From Azolla caroliniana (taxonomy: Eukaryota; Plantae; Polypodiophyta), in the NCBI GenBank assembly GCA_043228905.1, contig JBHGNT010000011.1, positions 18,972,001 to 19,036,000 on the forward strand: 64,000 bases of DNA, written 5' to 3'. This document shows, one piece after another, positions 12,501 through 26,419 of this stretch (its first letter is position 1; each line of letters starts with the position of its first letter). Position numbers and translations under genes: made by a program. The notes under the pieces are model-generated. The model was not told the origin of the DNA. It did not search any database and saw only the letters and a list, made by a program, of their open reading frames with translations.

Positions 12501-14399
12501 TATTTTTTAATTAAAACTAAAAATGAAAAAGAAAAAGAAACAAAACTACTCGATTAAACTAACAATTATATTGTGGCCACACTGTCAGAAGACACACACA
12601 AATATATATAATAATAATAATAATAATAGTTTGGGGAACAAATAATAATAAGAATAAGAGATTTCACACACACATACATTTGCCCAATACATTCTTCTGC
12701 TTCTTCTTCTTCCTCCTCCCTCATCTTAATATTATTATTATATTAATTCTTAAAATAAATAAATCAATTTAACGTTTTGCATCCCCCCCCCCCTTTTCTT
12801 ACCTTTACCTTAAGAAACCGTTTTGTACTTATCCACACCAGTTTAGATTTTTATAAAGAAAAACCAAAAGAATCATCATATGTTCATTTCTTCCAAAGTT
12901 TTCTAACTCCCACATGGACACACATATACACCCACTACTTCCTTAGAGCCTATCCTATCCTATGTAATGTATGCATGCATGTATTTATGTATGCATGTCA
13001 GTGATCATAACTTGACTAAGGTTAGCTATTAAGTTAATCTTCTCTAACCTCCCCCACCCACACCTCACGACATATAATTGTATTGGAAATAATGTCTTTT
13101 GTTTTACCAACTAACCATCGACCACATTTTATGTATTATATTCCGTGTCATTGTTGTCTTACTTGTATCCCACATATTCCACCACCCTTATATGTACATA
13201 ATAGATGGAGTATATAGTATGGTATCATATGTATACATAGATGTATTTATCACTATCCAACCCAAATAATAATCAATCACATTATGAAATCCGTGTCCTT
13301 GTTGTTTTTGACGTTGTTCGCATATTTGTCCCTTAAAGGTATTGTATACATATACAATACATGTTTGATGTGTATTTATATGTTGCGTATGGATGGATAC
13401 ATACATACGTAGATCTATATATAGGAATTTGAGTAATATTCAAGTGTAAAAAAATCTTCACATTGTAAATAGTTCTAGCTAGACTAAAATAAATACTTTC
13501 ACACTTCTTTCTTGAGAAATTGGAGTAAATAAAGTTTTACCATTGACCATCACACAAGAGGATCTTCAAAAGCCTTTTGAGGATTAGCGCCCCATTTTTT
13601 TTAACTAGAAGGAAATGGCACTAGTAAGACTTTTTATCCGTTTCAAATAAGGTTTCACCTGAGCCCTGAAGAGCTCTCGTTGTTGCTCGAATTACTGCCC
13701 AATTTTGTGAGACTAGCAATGAATACCACACAAAGAAACAATGTCCATTAATATACTCAGCATGAAAAACTAATGCATGTCCCACTTCCTCCTCATCTTG
13801 GATTTTCTGCTCTTTATATAATTAGCTATAAATGAAATACATAGTTAATCCCCCCTCTTTGTGTTTAGTTGTTGAACAAGCAACCCAAGCTCATCCTCAG
13901 CGGTTCAAATATTCAATCCAACACAAATAAACCGAAGACGAACTCAATTATGGCCCAAAATGCTTCTATCTTATTTATCTTTAATGTGTCACTCTAATCT
14001 CTCTCTTTTTTCCTCTACTTGGATTTGTATTAATGCATAAAAAATGTTATATTACACTCACGTGAATATATTGACCTTTAACTATGCACCACAAATAGTA
14101 TGTGCTCTTCTATGGATGACCCTAATGCCCCCACTCTCTCTTCCCCAAAACCCTTCTCAACCTTGACCTATCCCTAGACATATTTCCCTTCCATTCACAA
14201 TGTGCAATCTCACTCATGCAAGTCATGAGTAAGACTTTGGAAAATCAAGAGTTGCCAACTCCATAGCACTACCCAAAAATGTTTCGTGTTGTTTTTATAA
14301 CTCATATTTGATCTCAGTCTCTCTCTAATTCATGGTTTATACTAGCAGAAAAGTCATAATTCTGATAGGACCCCAAGCTGGATCCTCCTCGTAGTCTCA

Positions 14400-14950
14400 A
14401 CTAATTTGCCCAATAATTCATATCCAAGGCCTTTTGGGCATTCATAACACATATGTACCTCTTGTTTTCCATAATGATCATCATGATATGAATGGATACG
14501 ATAATATGGTGGGCCATGCAAGGTCGAACACAATATAATGAAGGAACATACGAGGACGCATGGCTACAAAGTGAAACGACACTATATCCATCACTTACAA
14601 ACAATACAAATTGGACATGGAATATGGTGATGTGATATTGGATCATAAGGGATCATATATCCTTCTCAAGTGACAATAGAGTACCTACAACATGTAAAGC
14701 TATAAATTGCCACAACCATATAGGCTTTACACTACGTGAATGTGTTCAACAGACCATTGTATTGTAACCATGGAAAAGATATGCATTTCTAGTACACCAA
14801 TCGTGCCACATTCTGCATTATCAAAGGAAATGGATAACAAATCGATGATGCTCAAGAATTCTAGGTGACTCTTTATGACTAAAGACTCATCGGAAAAGGG
14901 AAAGTAATACCCAATGTTTAAGAGGCCCAAAATTCTGAAATACATCTAAG
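14400..14950 (-). mobile_element. Very degenerate Ty3/gypsy RT remnant
   Basis: YFRILGLLNIGYYFPFSDESLVIKSHLEFLSIID resembles DFR.LN...FPLPF.D..L...GHE..S..D of non-chromovirus RT. Confidence 0.3.
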
Positions 14951-17759
14951 CTATCAAACACTAAAGGAAACTATGCTCGCAATCCTCCGATCTTCGACTA
15001 CACAAAACAGAAATTGTTGCCAAAATACATGCATGGCTTTTGTCTTAGCTACAACAACTTTTCATTGTAGAAAAACTTTTGCGTAGTTAAAGAAAGCATA
15101 AGCATGATATGCCACCCTTTTTTAGCACTTCTTTCCACCATCCCTTTGACTAATTCATTTACCATCACTTATGCATCCTCTCATGCATATTGCACTCCTG
15201 ACCTTAAATCCATTGATGATATATTACATTCTGATGAGCTTCGAGTAGACTTGTGGCCTCTTAAAACAACAAACACAAACTAAATGAGTAACACTAACAT
15301 TGATCGTATCTCTCCCAAATGCCTCCATCTCTCTCCATAATTATATTGATCGTATGTGGAAAACATTTACCATAGACCTACAAACAATAGGGCAGACACA
15401 CATGCCAGAAGGTTACAAATTTGTTGCAAACCGATTTCTTCCTAGAGCAGGAAAACAAGATTCAATCATGCATTTTCAATCACATTCACATCGCCGTGTT
15501 TGCGATCCGGATCATTTCATCCATATGCTTGCGTCCAAGTTTTGTCCAATGTGAGATGCAATGTTGGGGCACCGATAAGAAGACTTGTTTTGCCATAAAC
15601 AAGTAACTTTCTCAAGCGTATCAAACTTTACTACAATGCTCGAAGTTCAATCACATGTCTTGCTTTTCCTTGGCCTAGATTTTCAACCTTAACTTATCCC
15701 TACACATATTTCTCATTGTCTCAATTTCCCAACATTCATTAGTAAAATTCTTGAGCATTGAAAGCCACTAGCGAACAAATTGTGAAAATGTTCCACTTTG
15801 GTCTCTCTTAGGTCATGTTTGATCTCCGAGGAATCTCTCTCATAACATGACTCCACAACTTGGGCCATTTCATCATCACCCTTAGAGTTGACCATGCCAT
15901 ATTTTACATGGTTTGTCAATTTGTGTTGAGGATTGATCCTTTTTCAAATTTTGGTGGGCCTGAATATTTTGTGCTTTTCTTGTTCCAATATTTATTCATC
16001 CTGACGTGATTACACCTCTTACTATCATTTCTTTTGGCCATTCATGTGAAAGCAACCTTAGATTCTTCATCCCTTCACATCTTGAATTCAAATGACAATT
16101 TCACCCATGCCTTGTGTTGCAATGCTTCTTTTTTCCTTTCTTTACTTGCATCTTTCTAATGTTCCAATGCTTAATATCTTTTCTATTGTTGAAATATTTT
16201 ATATCTTTGTCACAAATTCAAATAAACATCCTCTCTATATATAAATAGTGCTTATTCATATGAAGACTGCTTAGAGTTCTCCTCCATTAGCAATATTCAC
16301 CTAGTTTGTGGAATTGACCCGTTCACCAAACCTTCGTATCTAGTCAACTTGGAGGATGTTACATTGTCCTTGGTTATCTTCATACATCCACAAATTCCAA
16401 TCCCCTATTCAAACATTGGCCACTTTTCATGGTAAGGAAAGTGTCAAGACACCATATAGACAACCAAGTTTAAGATACATTTGATGAGTTTCTAGTAGGA
16501 CATAGGATATAGTATGCTTCGGGAAAACTTTAAAGTCAAATGTGTCTTATAAGAAATGCCACGTCGTTGATGTACTTCAACATTGGGATGGTTGAAGCTT
16601 TAATTAGGTGGATGTTATAGAAAACCCCTATCGTATGACCTATAGTTTGGAAAAATATTTAACAAGGGGATTCTAGAACACTAAGGATCCATCGCTTTGG
16701 ATTTTGTAGTGTAAAAGTTATGACATTTTCTCTAGAAAACAATTCCAAAACTACCCCAAGGGAAGCCTTTTTGCATTTGGAGAGAGGAATAATGTGGAAT
16801 AGTCCAAATGCTTAAAAGGTCCAATGTGGAGTCAAACTTTGCATACTTTGTACATCGGATGCTTTGTTGATTTTCGGATGGTGACTCCATGCATGTGCCT
16901 CCATTTGCATACTAACACCATCATTTTTCCCAACCTTGTACCCTGAGTTTGTGAGTGTCTCCCCTAACCAATTACGGTACATCCATGGGAGTCTCCCTTG
17001 GACTTTTATTTAACATCTTTTTCGTTCATTCTCTTTGTCAATATTGTAATATATTATTGTTTTTGTGTTCATATTTACATTTCAAATCACATATTTCTTC
17101 CCACATTATTTATAACATGGTTCAAGTCTTAGTTCATTAAATAGACATTTAAAGCTTATTGGTATATCGCCCCCATGACATCAAAATCTTTTTTCCATTT
17201 TTTGGCTTAGTGGTTAAACTACAACATCCGAAGTCATTAATGTAAAGGCAGCTCTAGGCTTGAGAAAGGGATGCAAATTTTTACTGTTACACAGGCATGC
17301 ACATGAGCACTATCATTTTCCTTTCGGTCTTATCCACCTTAATGTCTCGGTGTCCCTCCCCACACTCTCTATTTCTACATCTCCCACTCTTGCATGTCTT
17401 TGTCATCTCTCTATATCTCAAAGCATCCAAATATAGCCTCACTACATTGACACTTTTTATAATCCCATACATCATATCAACATTCTATACATAATACCCT
17501 TTATCACTCGACCCCCGTCACCCCCGTCCCCCCCCCCCCCCCCCCGCCATTATTGTGTATGCTTATCATCTTTAATCCTTTCGAGGTAAAATTCATAATG
17601 TTTCAAAAGTGTACTCACATTTATCATATTCGTTTCCCTCCATGTCTTCTCTTATTTGAAATTGAATATCCTTTTATCTACTTTCAAAATGACATAATCA
17701 CGACCATATGTCATGCCTCAAGCATGCTCTCTTAAATCCTCCCCTTGAATCCTTTATTC

Positions 17760-17950
17760 TTCTCCAAGTGCATTACCCCATGGCCCACCAAGTAGTAGAA
17801 GTAAAGATACATGTACCATTATGAAGTCACATGTGTCTCTCATGTCAAAATAATGAAAAAGTGAAGAAAAACAGTTTAAAAGGAAAAAAGAGAAGAACTC
17901 TTTATTTTCTAGTCTATCATCAATATATCCCAAATAACACCATTGCAAGT
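17760..17950 (-). mobile_element. Degenerate gypsy aspartic-protease C-terminal remnant
   Basis: DTCDFIMVHVSLLLLLGGPW resembles CDV.PM..CHLLLGRPW. Confidence 0.35.
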
Positions 17951-20900
17951 GCATTGTTGTTTTTCTAATGTTGTTTAGATGGCCCCGTGCTGAGTTGTTA
18001 CAATAATTTACATGCTTAATGATTTACCGTGAGAAGAACACTTTGTTTCGTGTAAATTTGTCCTTAGACCAAAAACCTTGTTTACAAAACTTGGAATCTC
18101 AATATCTCATGGAAGATGATCAATTTATTTTTCAGTTGCTCGGCACACAAGCCCATTGTTGGCCCATTGTTTAAGCATTTGTTAGATTGATTATCCTATG
18201 CTATTAAAGTGCACACACAAACACACATTGGTATATATGTATGGATGTATCATTGTATGTATATATGCATATATCCTAATGTTGAGAGGGAAGTCATCCA
18301 CTGTCTTGTAAGGGGGGATCACTCACAAGTATATAAACATAGCATGACATGTAATTTGAACATCACACACGTGAGTCTTTAAATAGGCCTTAAACTCACA
18401 TGAGAATAGATGGTTTACATATAGTCAGATCACCATAGATGTCCTAATCAATAATGACCATGAAGCCAAATCATGTAGTTCTATAAACATGAAGACTAAT
18501 TTATTACAAGTACCAACGGGTAGATTGTTTGTGTCGCAAGTACTCTAGGATTGACCATGATAGAACATTAAAAAAGATGTTTGCGTTCACAAAACCATGT
18601 AGTTAGGGATTCTTGTTGTCTCGATGGTAAAAAATTTTGTGCACTTAAATATGATGTATAGTGCCATTGATACATGTCGAATACAAGAAAGCCCATGTCC
18701 AAAAAGAAAATACTTAATTATACTCCTTATTGTATTGGAACTCTAAATCAATAGTGAAACACCACATGATTCTTCAAAATGGAATCCTTATTTGGGCTTC
18801 TGCCATGAGTTGATGTATTGCAAACTCATGACATTGTCTCTGAAGGACATTTATGACGCAAAGAAAACATATCCATGATTGGAGTCAAACATTTGAACAT
18901 ACAATTTTTCTTCTTCTTCTCTTGCTCGTAACACACATGAAGGTAGCCTTGATCAACATTTCTTTTTAAGTATCCAATAATATGTAACTTTTAAGTTTCA
19001 TTTACTTGTAATTAACAAGCTAGAAGATGATCTTAAGTTTGTATGCCGATGAATGTGTGACTAGAGGTACAACAAACTCTAAAGCACTTACAATTGATCA
19101 CTTACCATAAAGTAATTTAAAGGTTGTCAGGAAAAGTTTGCTTTTCTTATATTGTACCTCAATCTTAATAGCTAAAATGCACATATAATAGGCACACGAT
19201 TTTAACCATGCATGTATTACCGCCTTTTCTTTATTATGAAGATACTTTTATTTTCAATTTTAAAGAAACCACCTAGTCAAAGTTGTCATGTTGTTAAATG
19301 GATTAAAAGAACTTCTTAAATAGAGTTTCATATTCTTTTACAATGTTACATATTCAATGTGATGTACTCAATCTCTCCCTTTATTAGTTGGGGTGAAATC
19401 AATAAAAACCTCAAGTAATATCTTGAGCTATGTGGTTGTCTTTTCTAGAACTTAATTGATGTATCATGTCATAATTGGTGTCGACACACAAAGTAGAAAG
19501 TCGAAATGTATTTGGCTCATATAAGTGGTGATGGAGAGTGTCATATTTCGTAAATCTACGCCATTAAATACAAAAGCATAAAAAAAGTGTCATAAGTTTC
19601 ACGAGCTTGCATCATAAATATTAATGACTACAATTTCATGGTTGCTTACTCCAACAAGAGCACAAAATTGGTGGTGTAAATGTAGAGTAAATAAGTGTGT
19701 TTTACATGGAGAGGGTTGTCGCCTAATCATTCAGAGGCAAGAATCACTCTCTTATACTTTCTTTCTTGTGTATAATAGGAATTGGTGTGAATAAAACAGT
19801 GTCAATATTGGTAATAGATTTTTATGGTCTACTTTTGAAAAAGTAAAAAGAAAGTTACAAGGTCCTAACTAAACCCTTTTAAGTCAAAGCTTAACTTTTA
19901 TATGGAGTTGTGTCCAAAGAACTAGTGGAAGTAAGAGAGCACTAAGGTAGCTTAAGTGCTTCCAAAATCGCTAGGATTCTCGCATACTTGAAACTGGCGT
20001 ATAACTATCAACTATGACAAGCCTTATCTATGTCAAACCATCATATTTGACTTGATCGTGTAACTAAAAGCATTCTATACCTAATACATCTCAATTTTCA
20101 TCTTTTAGTGCTTATTTTTGGATTACCTTCGGCACTATCATTGTCTTTAATAGAAGAGATGAATTCTTCTGAGCCTTATATGCTATCTAGCTTTTGATTG
20201 TTGACTTTGCAAACTTGGACGCTAGTTTTAACAAGGAATTTTAACATTGTCGACTATTCTAGTTGAATGTTCAACATCCAATTATTGACAGAGTATCAAT
20301 AGTTTGCAAATGTCTTCAGTAAGTGAAGAACAACATACTCATTTCTCTATCAATATGCAACTAGATGGGGGAGTTCCCATAGGGCCCACTTTATAATCTC
20401 TTGATCGGAGCTCAGGATTCTCAAGGGATATATTGATGAGAATGAACAAAACCAAGATTACCCAATATTCTAGATCCTCTATTGTGGCACCCATGTTTTT
20501 CATTTAGAAGATAGACGGTTCTCCATGTTTGTTCATGGAGTATTGAAGGTTGAATAAGCCCATCATTTGAAATAGCTAGCTCCTCTATCAATGATCACAA
20601 GTGTTTTGTTGACATCTCAATGGGGCCAAATACTTTGCATATTTAGGGTGCATACAACAATGCTCAGATTCATTTAAGCATTGCATGAAAGTTTGCTTTT
20701 CGCACTTGATACAAGACATTTTGACTACTTTTACTGCATAGTTATGCCTTTTCGTTTCACAAATGTGCAAAGCCAAAAGTTTTTCAAGATTTGAAAACTA
20801 TCCCTTTTGGAATTTCATGGACATCTTGTATAGTTTACCTAGAATCAAGAGTAGGACATCTCTCTCCAAATTCTACAATATCAAGAAATCGTGGTGCCCA

Positions 20901-21874
20901 TATCACCAATCTTAATGTTGCATTCGTTACAGTCCTACACTTACCAAACTTGCCGATAACTACAGTAGTAAGAGAATGTATTGTATTTTCTCTAATTCGT
21001 GAACCCAACTACCTATCCAATGATGCGAATTTAATTTGAACCTGACTAGTGGAAGACTACCTATATAGAGCATCAACCACCCTTGACATTGGTATTAGGT
21101 CACAAATATTTTTTGGAGGTACAAGTACAACTTCTAGAAACTTTGTTCTAGTTTATTTAGTACTCATACATATTAGTACTAGTATGCATCCCACTTCCAA
21201 ACATCTCTAAAGCCAAGAGCCACGTGTCTCTTGATCAATCAATATTTGAGGAGATTTTAGTGACACTAGGAGAGTAACATTATTCACTTCCTTCAAACCT
21301 AGTCACAATTACACTCTCATATTTAGTCATATAAACCTTGAGTCACGAGTCACAATTTAACATATTTGTGGCAACCTTCATTGAAATAGTTCTTCAACTT
21401 TGCACCCCTTGTTTCTATCACACCTTCATGCCTATTTTCCTTTTAAAGAAGTGTAGCAAACCCCTTAATGGAAGCAACAAATTCCTTGCTATCAATAGTA
21501 CTGTTAGAGACATGTCTCGCCCATCAAGCTTCAGAGGAAGTGCACAAATACATGCGTGCACAAAAACTCACAAAAACTACCACCACCATATGATCCCAAA
21601 TATATTTTATCCTATGATAAGCATGTCTACTTTATCCATTTCTCCCATATGCCCAACCATTAACTGATTATACAAGTTTGCTACATCTCATATCACTGTT
21701 GTAGACTTATTTGTGTATCTACGTTAATTTTTAATGCGTGTTGAACAATTTTCATCATGATAATAATGCATGGCATCAACATTCCCCCTCCATGTTATAG
21801 TTGGAGGAATCATGATCATTCTATCCTTTGATGCAATATAAGAAGCTTGCAAACACACATGTTTGTAGAATAAT

Positions 21875-22640
21875 TTGGGAGGGAACATTATGTATGCAGA
21901 AATGGATAGAGTGTTTACAATGTCTTCATTTCAGCCTTCTCAAATTAGTCTATTTTGGTATGGTATGTTTTCATCCTCATATGTCTTGTTGGGGGTCAGG
22001 GGTTATAAAAACTCTCATGAATGCCTTTATTTAGATGTTTTGCCTTTTGGACGACTTCATTCTCTCTTTATGGAAGACAAAATTGTAACTCAATGGAGTA
22101 TGTTGCCTATTCATATATTGTGTATGAAAGATAAAAAATGGATGTTGAATCCACATCCAAATGATATAAACAATTTATTTGAATTGTGGGTCTATGAGAA
22201 TAAGCCCATTGATCACCTTTTGTGGGATCCTGGTGATTGGAAATGTTAGGTAAGAAAATCCCATTTTTACAGTACTCGATAAAAATGGGTAGAGAATTGT
22301 TAAGGAGGGGTATGGCTGTTACGCCAACAACTTGTAAATTTTGGAGATTTGGTAATGTACAAGACTCTTGGTTGTATGCTTATTGGAAACATTTGCTATG
22401 GACCATACAAATTCGTAAAAATGTTGTATTGTTTAGATCGTTGTTGGTACATTATGGCATTCTTGTGAAGTCATGGATGCGGGGCATTGCAATGATTTAA
22501 AATGTGATAGTTGTGGTTTTCCCATTGAATCAGTTCACCATGTCTTATAGGTATGTCCTATTGCTAGAGCAGTTTGGAAAAGAATGTTGAGAATTTTGTA
22601 TATTTATGGTAAACAAGTGTACACATGGGGTTTTGTGAGA
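21875..22640 (+). mobile_element. LINE (L1-like) ORF2 C-terminal fragment with zf-RVT
   Basis: 22499-22583 reads KCDSCGFPIESVHHVL*VCPIARAVWKR, the CCHC zf-RVT motif, preceded by Trp-rich decayed ORFs. Confidence 0.7.
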
Positions 22641-22650
22641 TGGGGATACG

Positions 22651-22725
22651 ATATCTTCTTTAATAGTTTGGTCTATGCTATCTTCTTTAGTAGTTTGGTC
22701 TATGATATCTTCTTTAGTAGTTTGG
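22651..22725. repeat. 27-bp tandem repeat, about 3 copies
   Basis: Unit TATCTTCTTTAGTAGTTTGGTCTATGA. Confidence 0.85.
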
Positions 22726-23124
22726 GTATTGTAGAAGGCAAGATTTAAATGTGTATTTCAGAAAGTCAAATAGAATGTTGTTGAGTTAGTCAAGGACATA
22801 TGGTTGATGCTCCTACATACTCTAAGAGGTCAATATGAGGCAATAATTGGTGAGCTTGAGGTCGTGTTTCATAAGCAACAATATTTTTGAGAAATTTGGA
22901 GAAAGGCAAAGGTCTTCACCTCTTCTTTTTTTCCTGAAAAAATATCCTCCATTGGTATTAAAATGAAAGTGGCCATGTACAAAATAGGCTAATATTACTT
23001 CGAATATTGTAAAGCCATGCCGAATGACTCTAGCTAGTCTTTCTAGGTAAGATAAGTAAGAAAAAAACCCCTTGCCAATCTTTATAGGCAAAGAAATTAC
23101 AATGAGGCCATACCATTATCCAAA

Positions 23125-23545
23125 TAAGAGAAATGCCCATGCTTTGCATTTGTTCAAATGAATCGAGTGCTTTGTGGCGTTGTCCATGCTAGACATATGT
23201 TATATAATGAGTGCATTCCAAGCTATTCACATCTTGAAAAACAAACTTTTCCAGCACTTCCTTGGCTGTTCCAAACCTACCACATTTGTCATACATGTCC
23301 ATCGAAGCATTGCCCAATACCATCATATCATTATCCACAAGAGCCATATCCGCAATGTCACCGTGAATTTATTTTCCCTTGTCAATAGCTTCTACACTTC
23401 CACAAGCCTTTGCTACGGCAAGCTAGGAGACCACATGTAAAGGTAAAAACAATCTCCAGCATGTAAAAACAAGTCCATTTTATCATGATTGCATTCCAAA
23501 TGGCCACATTTGTAGTTAGAAGCGTCTAAAACACATCTTCCTTTG
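23125..23545 (-). pseudogene. PLS-class pentatricopeptide repeat (PPR) pseudogene fragment
   Basis: Manual translation: VF*TLLTTNVAIWNAIM ... ACGSVEAIDKGK*IHGDIADMALVDNDMMVLGNASMDMYDKCGRFGTAKEVLEK..QDVNS / YV*HGQRHKALDSFEQMQSMGIS. These are L, S and P motifs with stops and frameshifts. Weaker PPR-like traces may extend to ~24000. Confidence 0.8.
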
Positions 23546-24720
23546 CCCCTTGTCATGGTTTCTAAAAACTTCATGTTGCAGACAAAAGTATTGAGGACCA
23601 TAGTCAACATATAAACAACATCTTAGAGTATCCAGCTTTTTCGAACTTCATTTTTCCACATTAGCCCTCAACCTTTGACAACAAAAATGCCTACAAAATC
23701 AACCAGCTTCATAAATCCTGTAATGTGATCACTTTATCAACTAATTCCAATGTCTGAAAGTCGAGCAATGTCTTCCGATGACAACAACACATTTGGCCTG
23801 AGTTGTTGTGTCTTAAAAACATTAAAAATCTCCAAGCTTCAAAACATGTACTATCGTCGAACCTCAAGAAAATGCTTCCAAGTCCACACCATCAACACTC
23901 ATAAAACAAAAAAAGAAAATGAGTCTACTCTCCCATTGTGAAGTATGCTGCAACCCTCGCCAATCTCATGCCTCATCCTTATCAAACAAAGAATCTGTTT
24001 TATTTTCCCCATCCAACATCTAGCCGATTACCACCAAAGTCCACCTCAACCATCTCTTGTCGTAGACCACCAAAGCCCTGTACATACATAAAACATAATG
24101 ACACTACTCTCCGGATCCCCTCATGAAATTATGCTTCTTCCCCTGACACCATCATCACTCATCCTTGTCAGAAATAGATACTGTGCTTTGTTGTCCATAT
24201 CAACACTGTCATCTTTTACTACGAAGGTCCTTGAGATTGAAGACGCGATGACCAACATCCAATGTGCTCTCCTTCTCCCCTCATGAAAGTATGCTTCAGC
24301 CCCCTACACTATCAAAAAATCGAATGAATCACTCTCCTCAAACACTCATAAAAATCTGGTTCACCCTTCATAAAAATCAGCTTCACCCTCCAACACCATC
24401 TTTATAGTAAATCTGCTTCATTTTCAACATCAACCATCTGTCCATTTTCAGATTCCATCAAGCATCCTAACATATAGACAACAAACATATTAGTGTAAAA
24501 AACTCCCTCAACAACTCATGATACTATGCTTCAAACCCCACACCATCTTCACTCCTCCTTATCCCTCAAAAGAATTTTGCTTCTTAATTCCACATCAACC
24601 CTCTCACCAATTACCATCAAATTCATGCTCATAATATTATGCTTCAACCCCCACACCATCTACACTCATCCCTATCGCTCAAAAAGAATTTGCTTCTTAC
24701 TTCCACAACAACCATCTCGC

Positions 24721-25164
24721 TGTAAAGATTCGAACTCTTGACATGACCAAGTTGTAATCGAGTGTTATGTGTTAACCACACATCTAACATATAATCATGT
24801 ATATACTTCCTCATTGTAGGTTTTAGCTAGCATCATGTGTATAATTTCTCCCTTGTATGATTAACACTTGGCACATGCATGCGTACCTACTGCCTACATG
24901 GTCTATTGTATCACATGCGTGCAACATGTATGCATGCCACTTAGTATAAATAGTTGAGTTCACCTTGAAGGAATTCAAGGTGAACAACGCCAGTCATGGA
25001 CATATCAATCTAGTATTCCCATTTCGCCCATCCTCTCTCCTTGATCTTCATCTCTATCTTTATGCTCTTGTATCATTCCACGTTTTAAGTTCCTCGCGTC
25101 ATCGCTTCATCATAGCCTCATCATCCGTGCTCTGTCTTAGTCCGCGCTTGGTGTCTCCGTGACA
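24721..25164 (+). mobile_element. Probable solo LTR
   Basis: TG...CA ends. TATAAATA at ~24946 is followed by a 12-bp-stem hairpin (24958-24985) and a pyrimidine-rich 3' part. Flanks CTCGC/CTTTC match only 3/5, so boundaries are uncertain. Confidence 0.45.
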
Positions 25165-25229
25165 CTTTCGTCCCAACTTCACAGAATATTGAAAAAATTT
25201 AGCATGAGACGAAGGATTTGTATGTTTCC

Positions 25230-25930
25230 AAAGATAATCTGATGGATCCCAATGCAAGTCCAACAATGTCTTTTTTTTAAAAACCCATAGTTAGCAAAAT
25301 AACATACTATCAGAAGGAGAAGGATCTAAGATCCATCTTTTACCCGATTTACCAATCACTCTCACCGGATGTTGCAATGCCGTTTGCCAAATTGATGATT
25401 GCACATCAGTCTGCCATAATCTTCCTTCCTCGAACACATCAAAATAGTAATAGTCTCCTTGAGATGTTGTTCCTTTTACTCCTACAATAAAACCAACCGT
25501 AGTAAAATATCCAAACCAAACATGCTCAAAAGAAGGTGACCAATTAGATAGCAAATTCCCTAAGGATAATTGAATTTCATCAAACATAAGTCTAAAACCT
25601 GTACACATGGTAGCATCTAGCTGTGAATTATTAAGATGAAAAACATAATTTCCCCAAGAGGCTACCGTGGCGGCTATACCATTATCCAACGTAGCCCACT
25701 ATAATCGCGGTCTACTGCTAAGCAATACACCCCTTTCATCAGAAAAAATAAAATTCCAAATCAAAGGTTGCCGCAACAGTTCTTCATTCAAAGAGGGGCA
25801 TCTATGAATAAAAAAAAACTTAACAACATCCCATGCTTTACAAATGCCAACCGTAAAACCATCTATCAGACCATGTATCGGTCTCGTCTTAAAATTTGAC
25901 AAGAATGCCCATCTCAGAGATGGTTTCTAA
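25230..25930 (-). mobile_element. Probable LINE ORF2 post-RT fragment
   Basis: Decayed ORFs 25291-25689 and 25699-25902 (KAW...EELLRQPLIWN...) resemble the region after RT in plant L1 elements. Confidence 0.45.
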
Positions 25931-26111
25931 ACATCATGCCTTTTCTAACCTCATGCGTTTTTTATCAACAATAGTGTTCATGCACGCTAGATGTGCATGT
26001 GTTATAGTAACTTTTTTTTCTATCGTGCGTTTTCTTCTAACTAAAGCGTTTTCCTAGAAAATATATGTGAAGTAACGTTTGTATATGGGAAACGTACTTT
26101 TTAACACTCAT

Positions 26112-26183
26112 GATGTGTTAGTATAATGGTAAGGCTTCAACTTATTAACATTGAGGTATAGGTTTTGAATCCTGCCCTATGCA
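26112..26183 (+). other. Degenerate tRNA-like sequence (pseudo-tRNA or SINE head)
   Basis: A-box-like TAGTATAATGG and B-box-like GGTTTTGAATCC at tRNA spacing, with a weak stem between them. No clean cloverleaf. Confidence 0.3.
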
Positions 26184-26419
26184 TGTAACATATATTTTAA
26201 TATTTTCTTCTTTTTCTTCATATTTATTCAATCGGTTATTTTATACGTTTTTCATGTAGTGTACGAACGACACTATGATAACGTGACATGACAAGTCAAT
26301 GCGATGATTTTCTTAAAAACTATAAACTTTTTCAAGCAAACATATCTTATCCGCATATGTGAATGGATCCACCAAAGTGAGATAACATCCAACCATTGGA
26401 AGATGGGAGGTCTCTAATA

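Noticed and set aside
16400-17200. Possible gypsy integrase GPF remnant on the minus strand
   Set aside because: Only short scattered motifs (e.g. GPFK); too decayed to support by eye.
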